64,000 nt of DNA from positions 7,216,234 to 7,280,233 of the forward strand of contig OZ316894.1 in assembly GCA_973895155.1 (NCBI GenBank), in the 5' to 3' direction. Origin of the DNA: Marsupella aquatica. Lineage: Eukaryota > Plantae > Marchantiophyta. The translations under genes were made by a program, and so were the position numbers. Of the stretch, positions 1-13,300 are shown piece after piece. A model generated the notes under the pieces. That model had not been told where the DNA came from. It ran no database searches and saw nothing but the letters and a program-made list of their open reading frames with translations. Each line of letters begins with the position of its first letter. The stretch's first letter is position 1.

Positions 1-2823
1 TCATCTAGGCGGAATGCCAATACCGTCGGCAAGATTGCGCTCTCCCGTGTATGATTTGGTTTTAAAAGGTTGGCAAGATAGACCTCGCCAGCGGCTCTTC
101 AACACCTGCTGAACTCTGAATCAATTGCTAGCGTAGGAGGAACCTCCACTACTTTCCCCCAATTAGTATTTGTCGGGAAATTCACCGCATCCTTGGTGCA
201 ATAGTAGTCTTCAATAAGGGACTTCAGTTTCCGCACGATCTTCACATCTTTGGCCAACTCCTCTATAGATGGCATGTCTGATTTATTAGAGGCATCTTTC
301 TCACCATCAAAACAACCATCAACTCACCATCAAAACAACGAAACATGGCAACAGTAATTGCTTTTTCAGACTTCTCATTTCCTTCTACCCCAGCTCCATC
401 GGGAAGTTTCCCATCCAACCACAATTGGCATACCAAACTCCATAACTCAAAAAGAGCATCGTCCGCAAACAGTAACCAGTAAACATTTTGACAATCTTTC
501 CTTCCCATGGTCATTCTTGCAAGAGCCAACCAATCCTACAATTGCAAAGGAAAGTCTGTTAGTTCTCCATAACTCAATTGTTTGATAGCACTCAGGTGCG
601 GATTGAGACCATCCCAGTCCAACACAGAACTAGACAGTATCAGTGGAAATATTCTATTGAATGTGCATGATTTAGTTTGGACTGGGACCATCCCAGTCCA
701 GAACAAAACTAGACAGTATCAGTGGAAAAATAATCTATTGAATGTGTATGAATCCATTTGGACTGGGACCATCCAGTCCAACGCAAAACTAGGCGATATC
801 AGTGGAAATATTCTACTGAATGTGCATGAATCCATTTGGATTGGGACCATCCCAGTCCAACACAAAACTAGACGATATCAATGGACAAAGATTCTACTGA
901 ATGTGCATGAATCCATTTGGACTGGGACCATCCCAGTCCAACGCAAAACTAGGCCATATCAGTGGAAATATTCTACTGAATGTGCATGAATCTACGGTAT
1001 TGTACCCATCAAGCAGTAACACTTCGTACCTGAAATTTTTGATTGTCTTGAGCGTTTGTTTTGTTGTCCCCATGTTTTGGCCGGCTAGGTCTTCCACAAT
1101 CCACAAATTGTCGCCTAGCATGAACGACTATATCTTTGAAGCATGACTGAAACACCATCGTGCTATTGATCGCATTAGATCACATTGAATGCTCAACTAA
1201 TATTGACGATGGTGTTTGATGAGATAATATTCTTGACTTTCAAAATTCCAGCTTTTTCGCCAATGCTGTCAGCTTGGCATCCTTGTTTGCCCATTCTCGA
1301 ATCCATCTGGCTACTCTAGCCAAATGTTGACCGCTAATGGCAAGGAATTGAACCTTGCCCTTTTTCACGGCTGCTACAAAGTCCCTCCTATCTGATTCTG
1401 TGTTGTCATACTGCATTAGGTTTCTATGTTTTGTAGTGTAAGGAATCAAGTCTGCTATGTGTGGTTCATGCCCCAGATTTCTTATCATGGAATTGGCCAC
1501 CTCCTTTACATGGTCTGCATTCAACATTCTTTAACAGAGTCTTGCCGACGCAGGGAAAATACTGTCTATAGGAATAAAAAATATTGAATTGATCCCAAAC
1601 GTATAATATTGCTCCATTTGTTGCAATACCTCATTACCTTCTAAGACCTTCTTCTCCTCAGGAGCGTCCAACTGCTCGTCCACATCTTGTGAATGCACTG
1701 TTAGGTTTTCTGTAGTGTCATCCATGATGGCACTGTCAATTTTCTGCTTCTTCTTCTATCTTGGTCTCTTTTCACTTGCACTCGGCTTCTCAACCGAACG
1801 TTTCTTCTCAACTAGCTTCTCAACTTGGCTTCTCGTACTCGGCTTCTCAACTGGCTTCTCAACTAGCTTCTCAACTCGGCTTCTCGTACTCGGCTTCTCA
1901 ACCGGAAGTTTCTTCTCAACCGGAGGTTTCCTTTGGCTTTGTTTTCATTTTCCCACTGCTCCTTGAGAGGTCGCTGCTGTAGTTCCCGCGGTCTCTGTTG
2001 TAGGTTCTGGAGCTTTCTCTGGCGCTTGCTCGGGCACAGGGTTTGTATTCACCGCTGGAAGCTTTCTCGTCTTGGACAAAGATTCTATCCATTGCTTTGC
2101 TTTGACTAAATCAAACTTGGGAGCAAATGCAACATCCTTATCAATTAAAACACCAGGCTCCTCTGACTCCAACGATAACAATCCAACTTTCTCAAGTAAA
2201 TTGCTTAACGTCCAGGTAGTTGCAAAAGAAAAATTGCCTTGGTGCTTCATCATGTTGAGTTTCAAATATTGAAACCCATACACAATGTCGACTGGAAGCA
2301 TACCAGTTACCCCGACGACCAACTTCTTTGTGTCATAGGTCTTTGGAAAAAATCCCATTGACAAAACGCTCAATTCCCCACTTGCGTGTCATTCGACATT
2401 GAATTCAGAGGAGTATGCCTTTGACAGAAGGTTAACTTTAACGCAACAGGACTTATCATGCATCTCGAGAATGACCGTATTCATCCCTCTCCCTCCAATG
2501 CCAACAGAGACCACAGGTCCGCAAACAAAAGTCAGGCTATCATTTCCTCTGCACTTTAAGGTCAAAACAGGTTCAATCGTGGTTGATGGCACTTCATTAT
2601 TAAGCGGGGTTCTTGAGAACTCAAGCCCCCATCGAAAGCGTGGGGATCTCTCATCTAGTAAGAATCCATCCAGGCAATGGGTCGATGCAATCGCGGGTTT
2701 GAAAACAACAAGATCGCTCCCTGCATCATAAACGTCATCCATGTTAGACTTAAAACCTTTAAAACATTTGAATAACTCTTGTTGGATTAGGATGGTCCTA
2801 GTCCAACTTTGGATTGGGATCAT
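1..2823 (-). pseudogene. ParB/Srx-like-domain protein gene (homologue of the copy-2 ParB + methyltransferase-like gene), disrupted, continues off the window edge
   Basis: ORF pieces 2389..2823, 1945..2373, 1531..1725, 1240..1527 (KVQFLAISGQH), 263..529. Near the edge AGEVYLANLLK matches AGEVWISNLLK in 34565..35449. Probable intron at about 600-1025. Several stops and frameshifts. Confidence 0.7.
600..991. repeat. ~80-bp tandem repeat (about 5 units), each carrying the palindrome GGACTGGGA-NNN-TCCCAGTCC
   Basis: cccagtcc-type cores recur near 612, 692, 772, 852 and 932. Perfect palindromes at 679-699 and 919-939. Lies in the inferred intron. Confidence 0.9.
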
Positions 2824-2912
2824 CCAAGTCCAAGTTTGGATTTGGATGGTCCGAGTCCAAGTTTGGATTGGGATGGTCCCAGTCCAAGTTTGGACTCGGA
2901 TGGTCCCAGTCC
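2779..2912. repeat. 27-bp tandem array (21-bp palindrome + 6-bp linker), about 5 units
   Basis: Repeated ggattgggatggtcccagtccaagttt-type units. Confidence 0.9.
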
Positions 2913-3124
2913 TCTAAGACTTAGGGAGGATAGGTGATGGATACTTACTAGGGACTTGTGATTGAAATTGTCTGGAGTCTTCGAGTGCCAGTTCCACACT
3001 GTCGCTCATAGAGGAGAGGTCAAACTCCTTCGTTTCTTCCACGTAGGACATCACAAGGACGCGATTCGCTTCCATCTTTCTAACACGTGGCGTCTTAGCA
3101 GGCGTCCGATCTAGGGCAATAAAA

Positions 3125-3352
3125 AAGAATGGAGGTGGAAGGCAAAAGGCAAAAGGCAGAGGCAGACGGAGGCGGGGAGGCGGAGAGAGAACGGAGAACG
3201 GAGAGCAGAGAGCAAGGAGAGCGAGAGGAGAGAGCAAGGAGAGCGAGAGGAGAGAGCAAGGAGAGCGAGAGGAGAGTGAGAGAGTGAGGAGGAGAGCGAG
3301 AGGAGAGCGAGAGAGCAAGAGAGCGAGGAGTGAGAGAATGAGAATGAGAATG
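3125..3352. repeat. GA-rich low-complexity repeat between the divergent genes
   Basis: gagagcgagaggaga-type units. Copy 2 has similar GA/CT tracts at about 48843-48900 and 49216-49270. Confidence 0.8.
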
Positions 3353-4174
3353 AGGTCCTGGTTGGACCTCTCCGTCCCTTTACCCCCTCTTGCCTCACCC
3401 CGGCCTGTGTACAGCCGGTTGCCTCCTTCTATTGCGTACGGCCTGCTCCTGCATACGGCCCGTTGCCCTCACCTTGCATACGGCCTCCTTCGTTGATGTC
3501 ATGCCTACCTAACAGCCTTCCATGGTAGTCCCCGCGCAATTAGGCTCGTGAAGATAAGGTGTGTCCGCAAGCTAAGGTGAACGCGTACTCAACCCTTATC
3601 TTCACTCAATTTCCGGTTGAGCCGACTCGAGTGAAGGGTATAATTTGGGAGACGCCCACTTCGGAGCTCATTCTTGTTCTAGTTTCCCAAATCTAAGCTC
3701 CATGTAATCCGGAGTGGAGTTTCTCTTAAAGTGTTATGTATTGAGCCACTTACCTTCATTGGGTCAGCTTAGCCAGCTTCTTGACTTTTGGAGTCCTCTC
3801 AGTTTATCTTTTACAGACATGTGTGGTTTAGGGTTCAGTTCTTTTTTACTCCCAAGATTTAGTGGCATATAGCTTGTATTTCAAGCATCTGGGAAGTTTT
3901 TACCATTATTCAAACAACAATGTATACCCCTTGGATGTGATATTCATCTTCTACCAGATCTTAATACTAAGGTGAGTATAAGGTTAATGCATTCAAATAT
4001 AAGGTTCCATTATTTCATGAAACTGTATGTAGACATTAGGGTCTGCCTTAAGACCACGCAAACTTTAGGCTACACCATATCTAGGGAGATCCGTAAAATA
4101 TGGGGTCTTCCTAAATTTGGATTTTTCTTAGCTTCAGATGTTTGAAGTTTATCTCCCATTACATCATGGGTTGG

Positions 4175-4895
4175 TCTAGGATGGTCCTAGTCCAAGTTTG
4201 GATTAGGATCATTCGAGTCCAACTTTGCATTGGGATCATTTGAGTCCAACTTTGGATTGGGATCATACGAGTCCAAGTTTGAACTTGGATGGTCCAAGTC
4301 CTAGTTTGGATTGGGATGGCCCCAGTCCAACTTTGGATTGGGATCATCCGAGTCCAAGTTTGAACTTGGATGGTCCGAGTCCTAGTTTGGACTTGGATGG
4401 TCTAAGTCCTAGTTTGGATTGGGATGGTCCGAGTCCAAGTTTGGATTGGGATGGTCCGAGTCCTAGTTTGGATTGGGATGGTCCGAGTCCTAGTTTGGAT
4501 TGGGATGGTCCTAGTCCAACCTTGGACTGGGATGGTCCCAGTCCAAATCCAGAATCGGAGGATCGTAGTCCAAATCCAGACTCAAAGGATTGCAGTCCAA
4601 ATCTGGACTTGGAAGGTCCCGGTCCAAATCCGGACTCGGATGGTCCCAGTCCAAATCCAGAATCGGAGGATTGTAGTCCAAATCCAGACTCGGAGGATTG
4701 CAGTCCAAATCCAAACTTGGATGGTCCCGGTCCAAATCCGGACTCGGATGGTCCCTAGCCAAATCCAGAATCGGAGGATCGTAGTCCAAATCCAGACTCG
4801 GAGGATTGCAGTCCTAATCCAGACTTGGATGGTCCCGGTCCAAATCCGGACTCGGATGGTCCTAGTCCAAATCCAAAATTGGAGGATAGTAGTGT
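4175..4895. repeat. 27-bp tandem array whose right half forms a 108-bp (4x27) higher-order repeat
   Basis: Translates as PSLDWDGPS repeats, then as a four-unit cycle (PNPESEDRS PNPDSKDCS PNLDLEGPG PNPDSDGPS). Perfect palindrome at 4524-4544. Confidence 0.9.
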
Positions 4896-4940
4896 GAATC
4901 AAAATTTGCATGAGTTTGGTTTTAATCCATTTTTTTCAGT

Positions 4941-6310
4941 GTGCAGGATAATAGAAAAAGGATGTCTCAAAGGTTTTCTAGGGGCAATGATGTTACCTTG
5001 ACAATCAATGGTTACGACGTTGGAAATGGGACAGTTCAAAAGACAGATCCACGAGAGAGTGTTCAAAATATTGTGCTGGGAGAGAATCGAATTGGGGTTC
5101 TCATTGAGAAGGCCTTTGGTGAGACTAGGAAGCTCCCTTTTCCAATGCCTAGGGAAGAAAATCTTCATGATGCCATTGACTCATGTGTCATTTGGGATAT
5201 GTCATGTGCATATCGATCTGCGGATAAGATTACTCAAAAACGCATCAATATTGGTAGTTGTTCGACTCGAAAAGATAACAACATCCATAATTTTGCAAAT
5301 GTAGAGGAGGATGCTTCGACCACCCTAAGGCCAGGCGATGAGGTTGAAATGTTTATCTCTGGCCATTGTGTGGCCTTTGGAGTTGTTTTCAAGACCGATC
5401 CAATGGAGAGATGTCATAACATATTACTCGGTGAGTCTCGGGTTAGTGTAAAAGTCACAGATGTGATTCATGGTAGTAAGACTTTACCTTACGCACATGG
5501 TGGAGCTGCAACAATTGAAGAGGCAAAGGGCTCCTGGGTTCTATGGGATGTGGTTGACGTCCACAATAAAGTATGGAATGTTGATATTGATGGGAGCAAC
5601 AAATCTTCCTCTAAGAAGCAGAAGGACAAGGCAAATTTTGTTTCACAGTCTTGTTTGGCGAACACCACGGACACTAAGTGTGACTATTTTCATCAGGAAA
5701 ACTGGATGTCAGAGTTGGTTGAACTCTACACTGGTTTGGATCGAACCAAAATGGTTGCCACTGGAACGATCACTGTCCCTCAAGTGACAACAGCAGTTGA
5801 TGATGAAATTCTTGGTGATGACCATGTTGGGATTGAGTGAAAGATGTTGTGGCAGCACAATACTTTCCCAACATCCACAAGGGAGTAGTGAGTTTGATTC
5901 GATGGCGGATTGATTCAACAAACCTAGTTGCAAATGGAAAATTTTTGTTAGACATTTTGGTGGAAGGTTCTGAAATGGACTCAATGGATAGGGATGAACT
6001 CAATGCGGATGTAAGTGATAGAGGAGTACTGCGTTCAAGGCCGTACAATTTTAACAAGAGGAATCAAGTAGATCCGAATGAAAAGAAGAGGAGGTTGTTG
6101 GAAACCAAGGCAATTTCAAAAACAACAGAGGCGTCAATTGATGACGTGAAAAGAGAAAATTGTTGCAAGCAAAAATGTTGTCTCATTATGCCAAGGGAAA
6201 ACATCGAAGATATTAGGATGAAATTTCATGGGATGTCAAGCGAGTCAAAAACGTCACACATTTTCAACCTCTTCCACTATAGAGAGGATGATGTTCGTGA
6301 TAAGGGACAC
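4941..6310 (+). pseudogene. N-terminal part of transposase-like protein (three Tnp1/En/Spm-like repeats + Cys-rich CCxxxCC region), truncated
   Basis: Three repeats of a V.G.V..TDP......LG..R..V.......LP.P.......A....V.W-like unit (third degenerate). RPYNF and ENCCKQKCC match 50899..51417. Frameshift near 5840. Confidence 0.7.
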
Positions 6311-6928
6311 TGTGAGATAAGGATGTTTATAAAAGAAGGGTTAACTAACCATAAATTTTAGAATTTTTACGTTTAAGATCTCAAATGAGGCTGAAGAGGG
6401 ACCTGAAGACTACTTTGAAGTGTTATGAGACTTTCAAGCTGATCTGAGGTCAACCCGGATTGATATTAGAGAAGGAGGATCGACCCGAAACTTTTTACTA
6501 TAAGCCTGGAATGAGATATAAAGCTTATACCGAGACTCTACTCAACAACAGCTATCCATTGCCAAAGTTTTTAAAACCATAAGTCAAACACAGGCACGAC
6601 CACAACAGAATCCAGATATAAGGAAGGAGAGTCGATCCGGCCTCTCACACCTCTCAAAGCCAAACTTAGTAGGTTTTGAGCTCCCAAGCGCATTAGGCTG
6701 TTTAAGTAGTAGAGTGAGGAGGCTCTACCCTTTTGGTAGAGGATCTTGGGTCCGGATTATAGGACCAATCTTGCATTGCATGATGAGAGCCTGGATATGA
6801 GGGAACTGACTGATTCGTTGTGAGGGGAATGCCTACTCCACCGCTGGAAGTGAAGGCAGGAAGTTTGAGATCCTGATAGTGGATACATCGGTTGTGAGAA
6901 GGGAAGCCAGGTCGACCCGGACATCACA
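6311..6928. mobile_element. Solo-LTR-like sequence (TGTGAGAT...ACATCACA), no matching TSD
   Basis: Starts exactly where homology of the transposase ORF ends. TG..CA ends. Flanks gacac/attgc differ and belong to different elements. Confidence 0.45.
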
Positions 6929-7826
6929 ATTGCAGGCCCGATTGAGTCCAGATTTTCCCCACGTTAGATGACCCTGCATTGTGGTTGACGAAATCCTAAA
7001 CCCTAGCACACCAGGAGACCAGGAGGATGATGATGAGGATGATGACGATGATGAGGATGAGCCAGATGGGGAGGAGCAGCAGGCACCACCACCACCCCCC
7101 TCCCGTCCAGCTCGTCCCGCCCAAAGCAAGAAGGACAAGGGGAAGAGGCCAGCAAAGAGGAGTAGGCGGGCTCCATTCTAGAGGATGCAGATGTAGTTCA
7201 CTCCATATGGCATATGGATTAGTCAAAGGATAGTGTCTTGGTATTTGATACCCCATAGGGTTTTAGAAAACCCTAATTTTTGTACATTCAGGGATTTTTG
7301 GCATATATAAAGTTTTGCTTTGGTATCTTCATGTGGAGCAATAAGACCCCAACCCAATTATGAACCCAAATATACAAAACCCAGCCCTCAAACTATCCTT
7401 GCGAAACACATGCAAACGCCATACTATCGCAAACTTGCCATACATTGAGTATTGGAACATTGCGATACTTTTGGTTCCGCAATTGTGCGACACCCTGACT
7501 GACGCAGTTATGCGATACCATATGAATGGCAACAGAATTGTCAAGACAACAGCTTTGCAAATAAGTTATAGTTCAGAGCGCATCGCAAACCGATAAAGAG
7601 TCTATCGAGATCGCATAAATGTGATTTATGTGCGATAAAATAAGTTTTGTAGTGTGCGAAGGTGTTGCGAAGGGGTTGTGAAAGTCCGATTGCAAAGCTG
7701 TGGGTTTCAAAGAATGCGAAAAGGTTGCGATGCGTAGCGTTTCGCAAACGCCGGAATTTCATAATTTGGTCCTTTGTTAGTTGCGATGGGACGGGGTTCG
7801 CAAAAGGGGTCGGTAGTGTTGTAGTG
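6929..7826 (+). mobile_element. Terminal fragment of a CACTA element (family of 35931-46811)
   Basis: Ends TAGTGTTGTAGTG at 7826, as at 46811. Dense TCGCAA/TTGCGA subterminal motifs at 7400-7805. Acidic last exon 6981..7181 ends KRSRRAPF. Confidence 0.8.
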
Positions 7827-8400
7827 GCTGAAGATTGAAGGCATGATACAATTTCTTGAGCAGAGGCCACAGTATTTCTGGAAAGAATGTATCATCCGTG
7901 GAGTGATGCAAAAATGAGGAAGGAAACAACCCACAATTCTCTGGATTTGCAAACGCCTTCATTGGAGTGTCATCAAGAAGGAGTGTATTAGTTTCATCGT
8001 ATAATCCACCATAACGTTTCCAAACAACCCTCAAATCCTTCAAATGAATATTTGCCTTTCCATCGGTAATGTCAGGCCTCTGGATTCCAGTATTGAATGT
8101 ATCTTCTTGTGTGAGAATAAACTTGAATTGCTCTTGCTCTTCTTGACTGAAGATCAAATGAATCATTTCATCCATCCTGGGTTTCCTTGCACAAGTCCAA
8201 ATGGCAACATCAAATAACAAAAAAGCTGCGATAAAGAACTCGTGAAGATGGGGTCGCTCAACATACATAAAGTTAAACCATCCATGTCTCCCTCAGTGGA
8301 CACCCTTGACACTTGTCGCACTACGGCGCAGTCCGGAACTTGGCGTTTTGACAGAATCCCAACACATTTTGTTGAGGTCAAGAATCAATAGCTTCCGTCT
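7827..8400 (-). pseudogene. FCP1/NIF (HAD-family) phosphatase-homology domain
   Basis: RRKLLILDLN at about 8370-8400 (frameshifted), then RPHLHEF..AF..FDVAIWT, LKDL..VW and NTLLLDDTP.K...NP.N in ORF 7777..8268. 3' end cut by the CACTA end at 7826. Confidence 0.8.
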
Positions 8401-8850
8401 GATCGGACCGTGAAGTGGAGGCAAGGGTCCTGCAAAGAAGGAACACCAATGTTAGAATTGTGGGAGATAAAACAGAGGAATGCTGGAGACGATCTCGAGC
8501 ATCACAAGTGAATGAACAACAGTCAACATCATACCTATTGTTGGTTGAAGGTCAGTAGTTGAAGAAATCTCAGGACATCTTTGGGGATTATTGTCGACGC
8601 ACTCCACAACTGATAAGGGTCCGCCTATTTTTGTGAAGGTAGACATAATAATTTAGACGGCTGAATTGCAGGACTGTTCAAACTAACTTGGGTTTCAACC
8701 TCACGTGCTGAAAGACCCAAATTCATCTAGAAGGTTATCTCCTAGTTGGTTTTGGATGTCCAAATTTATCCCTCCGGGAAGGGTCTCAACAAGAGCTGGC
8801 TTAGACCAAACTAGCACTAATTTGAGCTTATCCTTCCTATACTTTCTAGA

Positions 8851-9291
8851 TCAAATAATCTTCTCAGACTGCTCTATACTAACTTGTTGACCTTTTGACG
8901 GTCCATCAGTCCAAACATAATGAGTAGCACTTGCTTTGAGTGATTTGTAACCAGTTCTACCGATTTCAGTCCCCGGTTTGCTAACAAAAGGGAGAATTAC
9001 GGGGCTTCCAGTAGAAGAATCTGTGAAAACAAGCTTATTCTCTGAAGCGCAAAACATTTGGTCCAAGGGAGAGGACGATGCACCTGCCTCGTCCTGAGGG
9101 GGAGTATGGCAGCGACTAGCTTTCTTAGTAGAGAGAATCTCATCCAGTTGAGGAGGGCTTGGAATTGGTTGGCTAACTGCGTCTTGCAAGGTGGATTCCC
9201 AGCCAACATCCAAGGTTGAAGACTGTTGTTCACGTTGTGCGTCCCCAAGTGTCAAGCGGTTGACATTGGGTCTTGACACCAAAGCTGTCAC
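8851..9291 (-). pseudogene. Ser/Pro-rich ORF, probably a linker exon upstream of the FCP1-like domain
   Basis: 146-aa ORF on the same strand, between the MTase-like and FCP1-like regions after removing insertions. No recognisable motif. Confidence 0.3.
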
Positions 9292-10312
9292 TATTGGGTG
9301 CCAAAACTATCTCCTTGTACCTGAGGATCACGGAGGGATGTTGTGAAGGCTGGTATACACCGGTTTATCCCCTTAACGTTAGACTATCATAGCAAGACTC
9401 TGTCACACATCACCCAAGCTCAATCCCAAAGGACTAAGGTTGGGAATCAGCTCTTGCACTCATGATAGTTCTGGTGAGAAGGGGTCTTCATGTCGGGCCC
9501 GTACACACAGGGCCTAGCACTAGTACATTTTAGGGCCATTTACCGATATTTACACCATCGGACGCCTTCGGGAAAATGCGACGCCATTTTTGAGGTTTCC
9601 GATTCTAACTGCATCGCTCCGTCTGATACTCCCAGAATCGGATATGGACCATCGGACCTGTTTCAGACCACCCGATACCAATACTATCGGACATTGCATA
9701 TCTCCTGCAATCGGATACATTAGGTGTCCGATGTCACAAGAGCCGGAAGAAGCCTCTCCTTGCACTAGGTGAAGATCTATCGTCCGACAGTTGTCCGTAT
9801 GAACTTGCAAGGGATATTGCGTTAAAATTCCCATTGGGCATTGCGATGGTGGAATAAACGGATGTTCCGATAGTTTTGGTATGGGAATTTGACATATAAT
9901 TGGTATCGGAACATACGAAACGGAGGGATTCGGAAGCAATGGAGGGGTGCGATAGGAGAAGTATCGGAAGATTACTCGGGAAAGACCTAGCTTCATTGCA
10001 ACATTTGGTTTCTTGTGGGGATTTTTTCTGTTGGGGTTGAGGGTGGTTCTTGGGGGAATTTATGCAATACAACATAGAGGGATTTGTTGAAGATGTTGAA
10101 GAGGTTATTTGAAAGACAATGCCAATAGAAGTAATTAACACAAGAAGGATATATGGCCACAAAGGGTACTCAAACTCCAAAAGGGAAACATACCCCAAAA
10201 TGTACAAGAGTGATCCAAGTACTAGGATCACAAAAGTAAGCACATCCAACTCCTAATCTCGTCTAAGTCTAAGGCTACACAGTATGTCTCTATCTATCTA
10301 AGCTAGTCTAAG

Positions 10313-13300
10313 TCAAAATGGAGCATGTCGTCCCTTCCTCTTTTTGGAACGAGTCCCAGGTGGTGGGGGTACAATACTAGTCTGGGCAGGAGCCTGGGTG
10401 AATGGGGACTCGTCCATGGTGACTTGGTCCACAACATCTGGCCCCTGTGTAGAGGTCATAGGAGGCACTGGACCCATGGGCCCTAAGCGTTACTAATACA
10501 GGGAGGACGTGCGAACATCGCAAGGGTATTTTTAATGTAATGCAAACTAATTTTTATAATAGTTTTTAAAGTAGGCAACATCCTTGTATATATTCAGCAT
10601 AATATTAGTAATAAGGCTCTTATCAAATACATGTCACATTAATCTTATGCAAGGGTACCCAAAATGCCAAGTACACGCGTCACTATATGGTTGGCACACA
10701 TGTCATCACTTCACTTGCACACATGTTCATATAGTAAATCAGACATTTAATTATTTGTCGTCATAAGGCAAGTTTGGTTTCGTGGGCTTTAGGAACACTG
10801 AGAGGATAGTGCAGCCATGCTTGTCTGTATACTACAGGAAGAACTATAATTCTCTGGTACTAATTTTGTTTAACTATATAAAATATGTACCCTAAACAAA
10901 GGGCGTAACATACAAGTCCCCTATGCAAAATAAAGTCTTATCTATTTCAGTATGATATTTGCAATTTTAAAAATTCAAGGATGTTTTCAATTCCTTGAAA
11001 AACTATATTATAATTTATAAAAGGATAAAATTTAATAGGAAAAGTTAATATTTTTACATTAACAAGGGGATTTTTTTTGTGAACAAAAATATTAAGAAGG
11101 GGTACATGGGGGTGTCTGTTCTCAGGGGGGTTCACTTTATATAGTAAGAGTGAGGGCCCAGGGCACTGGACCCACGCCACCACCACCACCACCACCACCA
11201 CCATGTGACGCTAGGGAGTCATGGGAAGGTCCGCTCCCCCCACTTGCATGGCAAGTATGAAAGGAAGCTGCACCACCCCCACTAGCCCCGTTGCCAACGG
11301 ACTGCCGTGATGTACCACCCCCGCTCCCTCCTGAATGGCCAAGGGCAATATGAGCACCCCCAGTCTGGGCTGAAGGGTGAGAGACACCAACTCCACCGGC
11401 TGTACTCCCTCCTAACTGGCCAGGGGCAGGTCGACGACCCCCAGTGCGGCCTGAGTGGTGAGAGACAACACCGACACTACCTCTACTCCCTCTACTCCCT
11501 CCTGACTGACCCTGAGCACTAACATCGCCCCCAATGTGGCCTGAGTGGTGAGACACACCACCGACACTAGCTCTACTCCCTCCTGACTGACCAGGAGCAG
11601 TAACATCGCCCCCAATGTGGCGTGAGTGGGGAGAGACACCAGCAACACCACCACTCCCTCCTGACTAGCCAGGGGCCCTAACACCACCCCTTGTCAAGCC
11701 TGAGTGACGAGAACCTCCTGAGCCACCCCCATCTGCACCAGAGTGCTGTGAGCCTCTAGAACACCCTTCCCCATGAGGCTCTAATCGGCCAGACTCACCA
11801 ACAGCATGTCGCTCATCTCGCGACACATGCCGAGTGCCTCGAATATCAGCTCTGCCACTAGCCCGTGACTGGCGTCGGGGACCCTCACCACCTGTGCCAA
11901 CAGCCCGTGAGTCACGTCTGCCACTAGATCCAACCCCTATGGCTCTAGCTAGGCTGGTGAGGGGTCCCACTAGCACCACCCCTACTGGTCCTAGTATGTG
12001 TCACACGAACATCCGCTATAGGGCCACGACGGGTCGACTGAAGAGCCCTAGCACTACCCCTAACTGTATCGGACCGGTGAGGAGGGGGTATGGCCACAAT
12101 CCCCTCCTCTGGGTCCGATGACTCTGAATCAGATTCGCCGGATCCCCCACTGCTATGCCCTGAGCCCTCGTCCGCCGAGTCCTCACCCTCCGATCCCTCC
12201 TTGTCTAAGCCCTGCATATATCCAACCAACCACCCAAATTAGTATACGCTTTTTAGAAATAAATTTCAACACCCAATTAAGACATTGCATTAAAAATAAT
12301 CTCCTTACTGAACCCAGCTCCTCCTTCAAGTGAATCCGAAGAGCCCGTGGTCCTTGTTTCTTAGCCAACTCCCTCTCTTTTGGCAATATTGGTCGCCCAT
12401 GCTCGCGCTCCTGCCCCCCTCAAAAAATGCACCGGCAACCAAATTAGTCCCAATTAGTGCCACCGGGTCACACCCCAATTAGATCCACACTGGATCACCC
12501 CCAACATGTTTTAAAATGGTCAATGGAACCAACCACGATAATCCACAAGGGTAACCGTCAAAAATTTTGAAAATTCAAACTGTCCGATTACTTTCTGATT
12601 GTTTGTCCGATAGCATCAAGGTCGGATTGGAATCGGACACGACGTCCAAAAAAGCCATAGCAGTATTTCCGACTGTCCTTCCGATTCTATTACTATCGGA
12701 CCATAATCGGAAATAGGGCCCCGACAAAAAAAGATGGAGTTATCGATCGCATGCATAGTGCGCTTGCAGGGCCCGCACGGCTTGACAATAAGAGGGGACT
12801 TTGGGCCGGGGCTCTTCAGGCAAAGAAGGGCCTCAGGTGATCAGGTGAATGGAGGGAAGAGCTTGGAGAGAGGAGGTGGAGTCTACTTACAAATTCTGCC
12901 TTGAGACGCAGCGACCCGCCCTGCCCCATTCTGTGAGTGACTACTGGCCTGTTCTCAACTCAAATCAATGCCTTTTGCATATGTGAGGGAGGGTCCCCAA
13001 GCTGAATTGACTTTGCATCCCAATGTTGCAGGTTTTGATCAGCATGGCGGGTGTCAATAGTCTCCCCTGCCTGGGCCCTCACTGCAAGGACTTCTAGCTT
13101 AGCTTGCCAGTATCTCCTTGCCTGCCAGGCTCGAACCTGCAGCTCGGTCTCAATCCAAGCTGGCCATACCTCCACAGGAATATCATTTGGGCACCCTCTT
13201 TGCCTGATCACCTCCTCACTGTCCTTGCACTCACCAAGGTACTTCCTTAGCTTCTCCCTGATGTGATTCCTTCTGTCTGCAAGGGATAGACTGATTTTCT

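Larger units (their letters stand above)
1..6310. mobile_element. Large DNA-transposon-like element, copy 1 (partial): divergent ParB-like gene (-) and transposase-like gene (+)
   Basis: ORFs match copy 2 in order and orientation (1240..1527 vs 35549..35929; 1945..2823 vs 46812..47908; 4941..6361 vs 49778..51417). Runs off the left edge and is cut at 6311 by an LTR-like insertion. No termini seen. Confidence 0.75.

Noticed and set aside
582-1146. + strand ORFs
   Set aside because: Translations of the 80-bp intronic repeat and antisense of the ParB-like gene.
2913-4174. Insertion splitting the 27-bp array
   Set aside because: No TIR or TSD, and copy 2 has an equivalent GA/CT-rich core between palindrome clusters, so it is more likely the native bidirectional promoter region.
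4159-4911. Repetitive ORFs on both strands (PSLDWDG / WIWT repeats)
   Set aside because: Open frames produced by the 27-bp palindromic array. No counterpart in copy 2.
9734-10249. Hydrophobic 171-aa ORF suggesting a membrane protein
   Set aside because: Lies in the 3' UTR and subterminal repeats of CACTA-1 and has no homologue in the related elements.
10085-10373. Small solo LTR (TGTTG...GGGGTACA)
   Set aside because: No TSD. The supposed end is the reverse strand of the accessory gene's C-terminus (IVPPPPGTRSKKRKGRHAPF).
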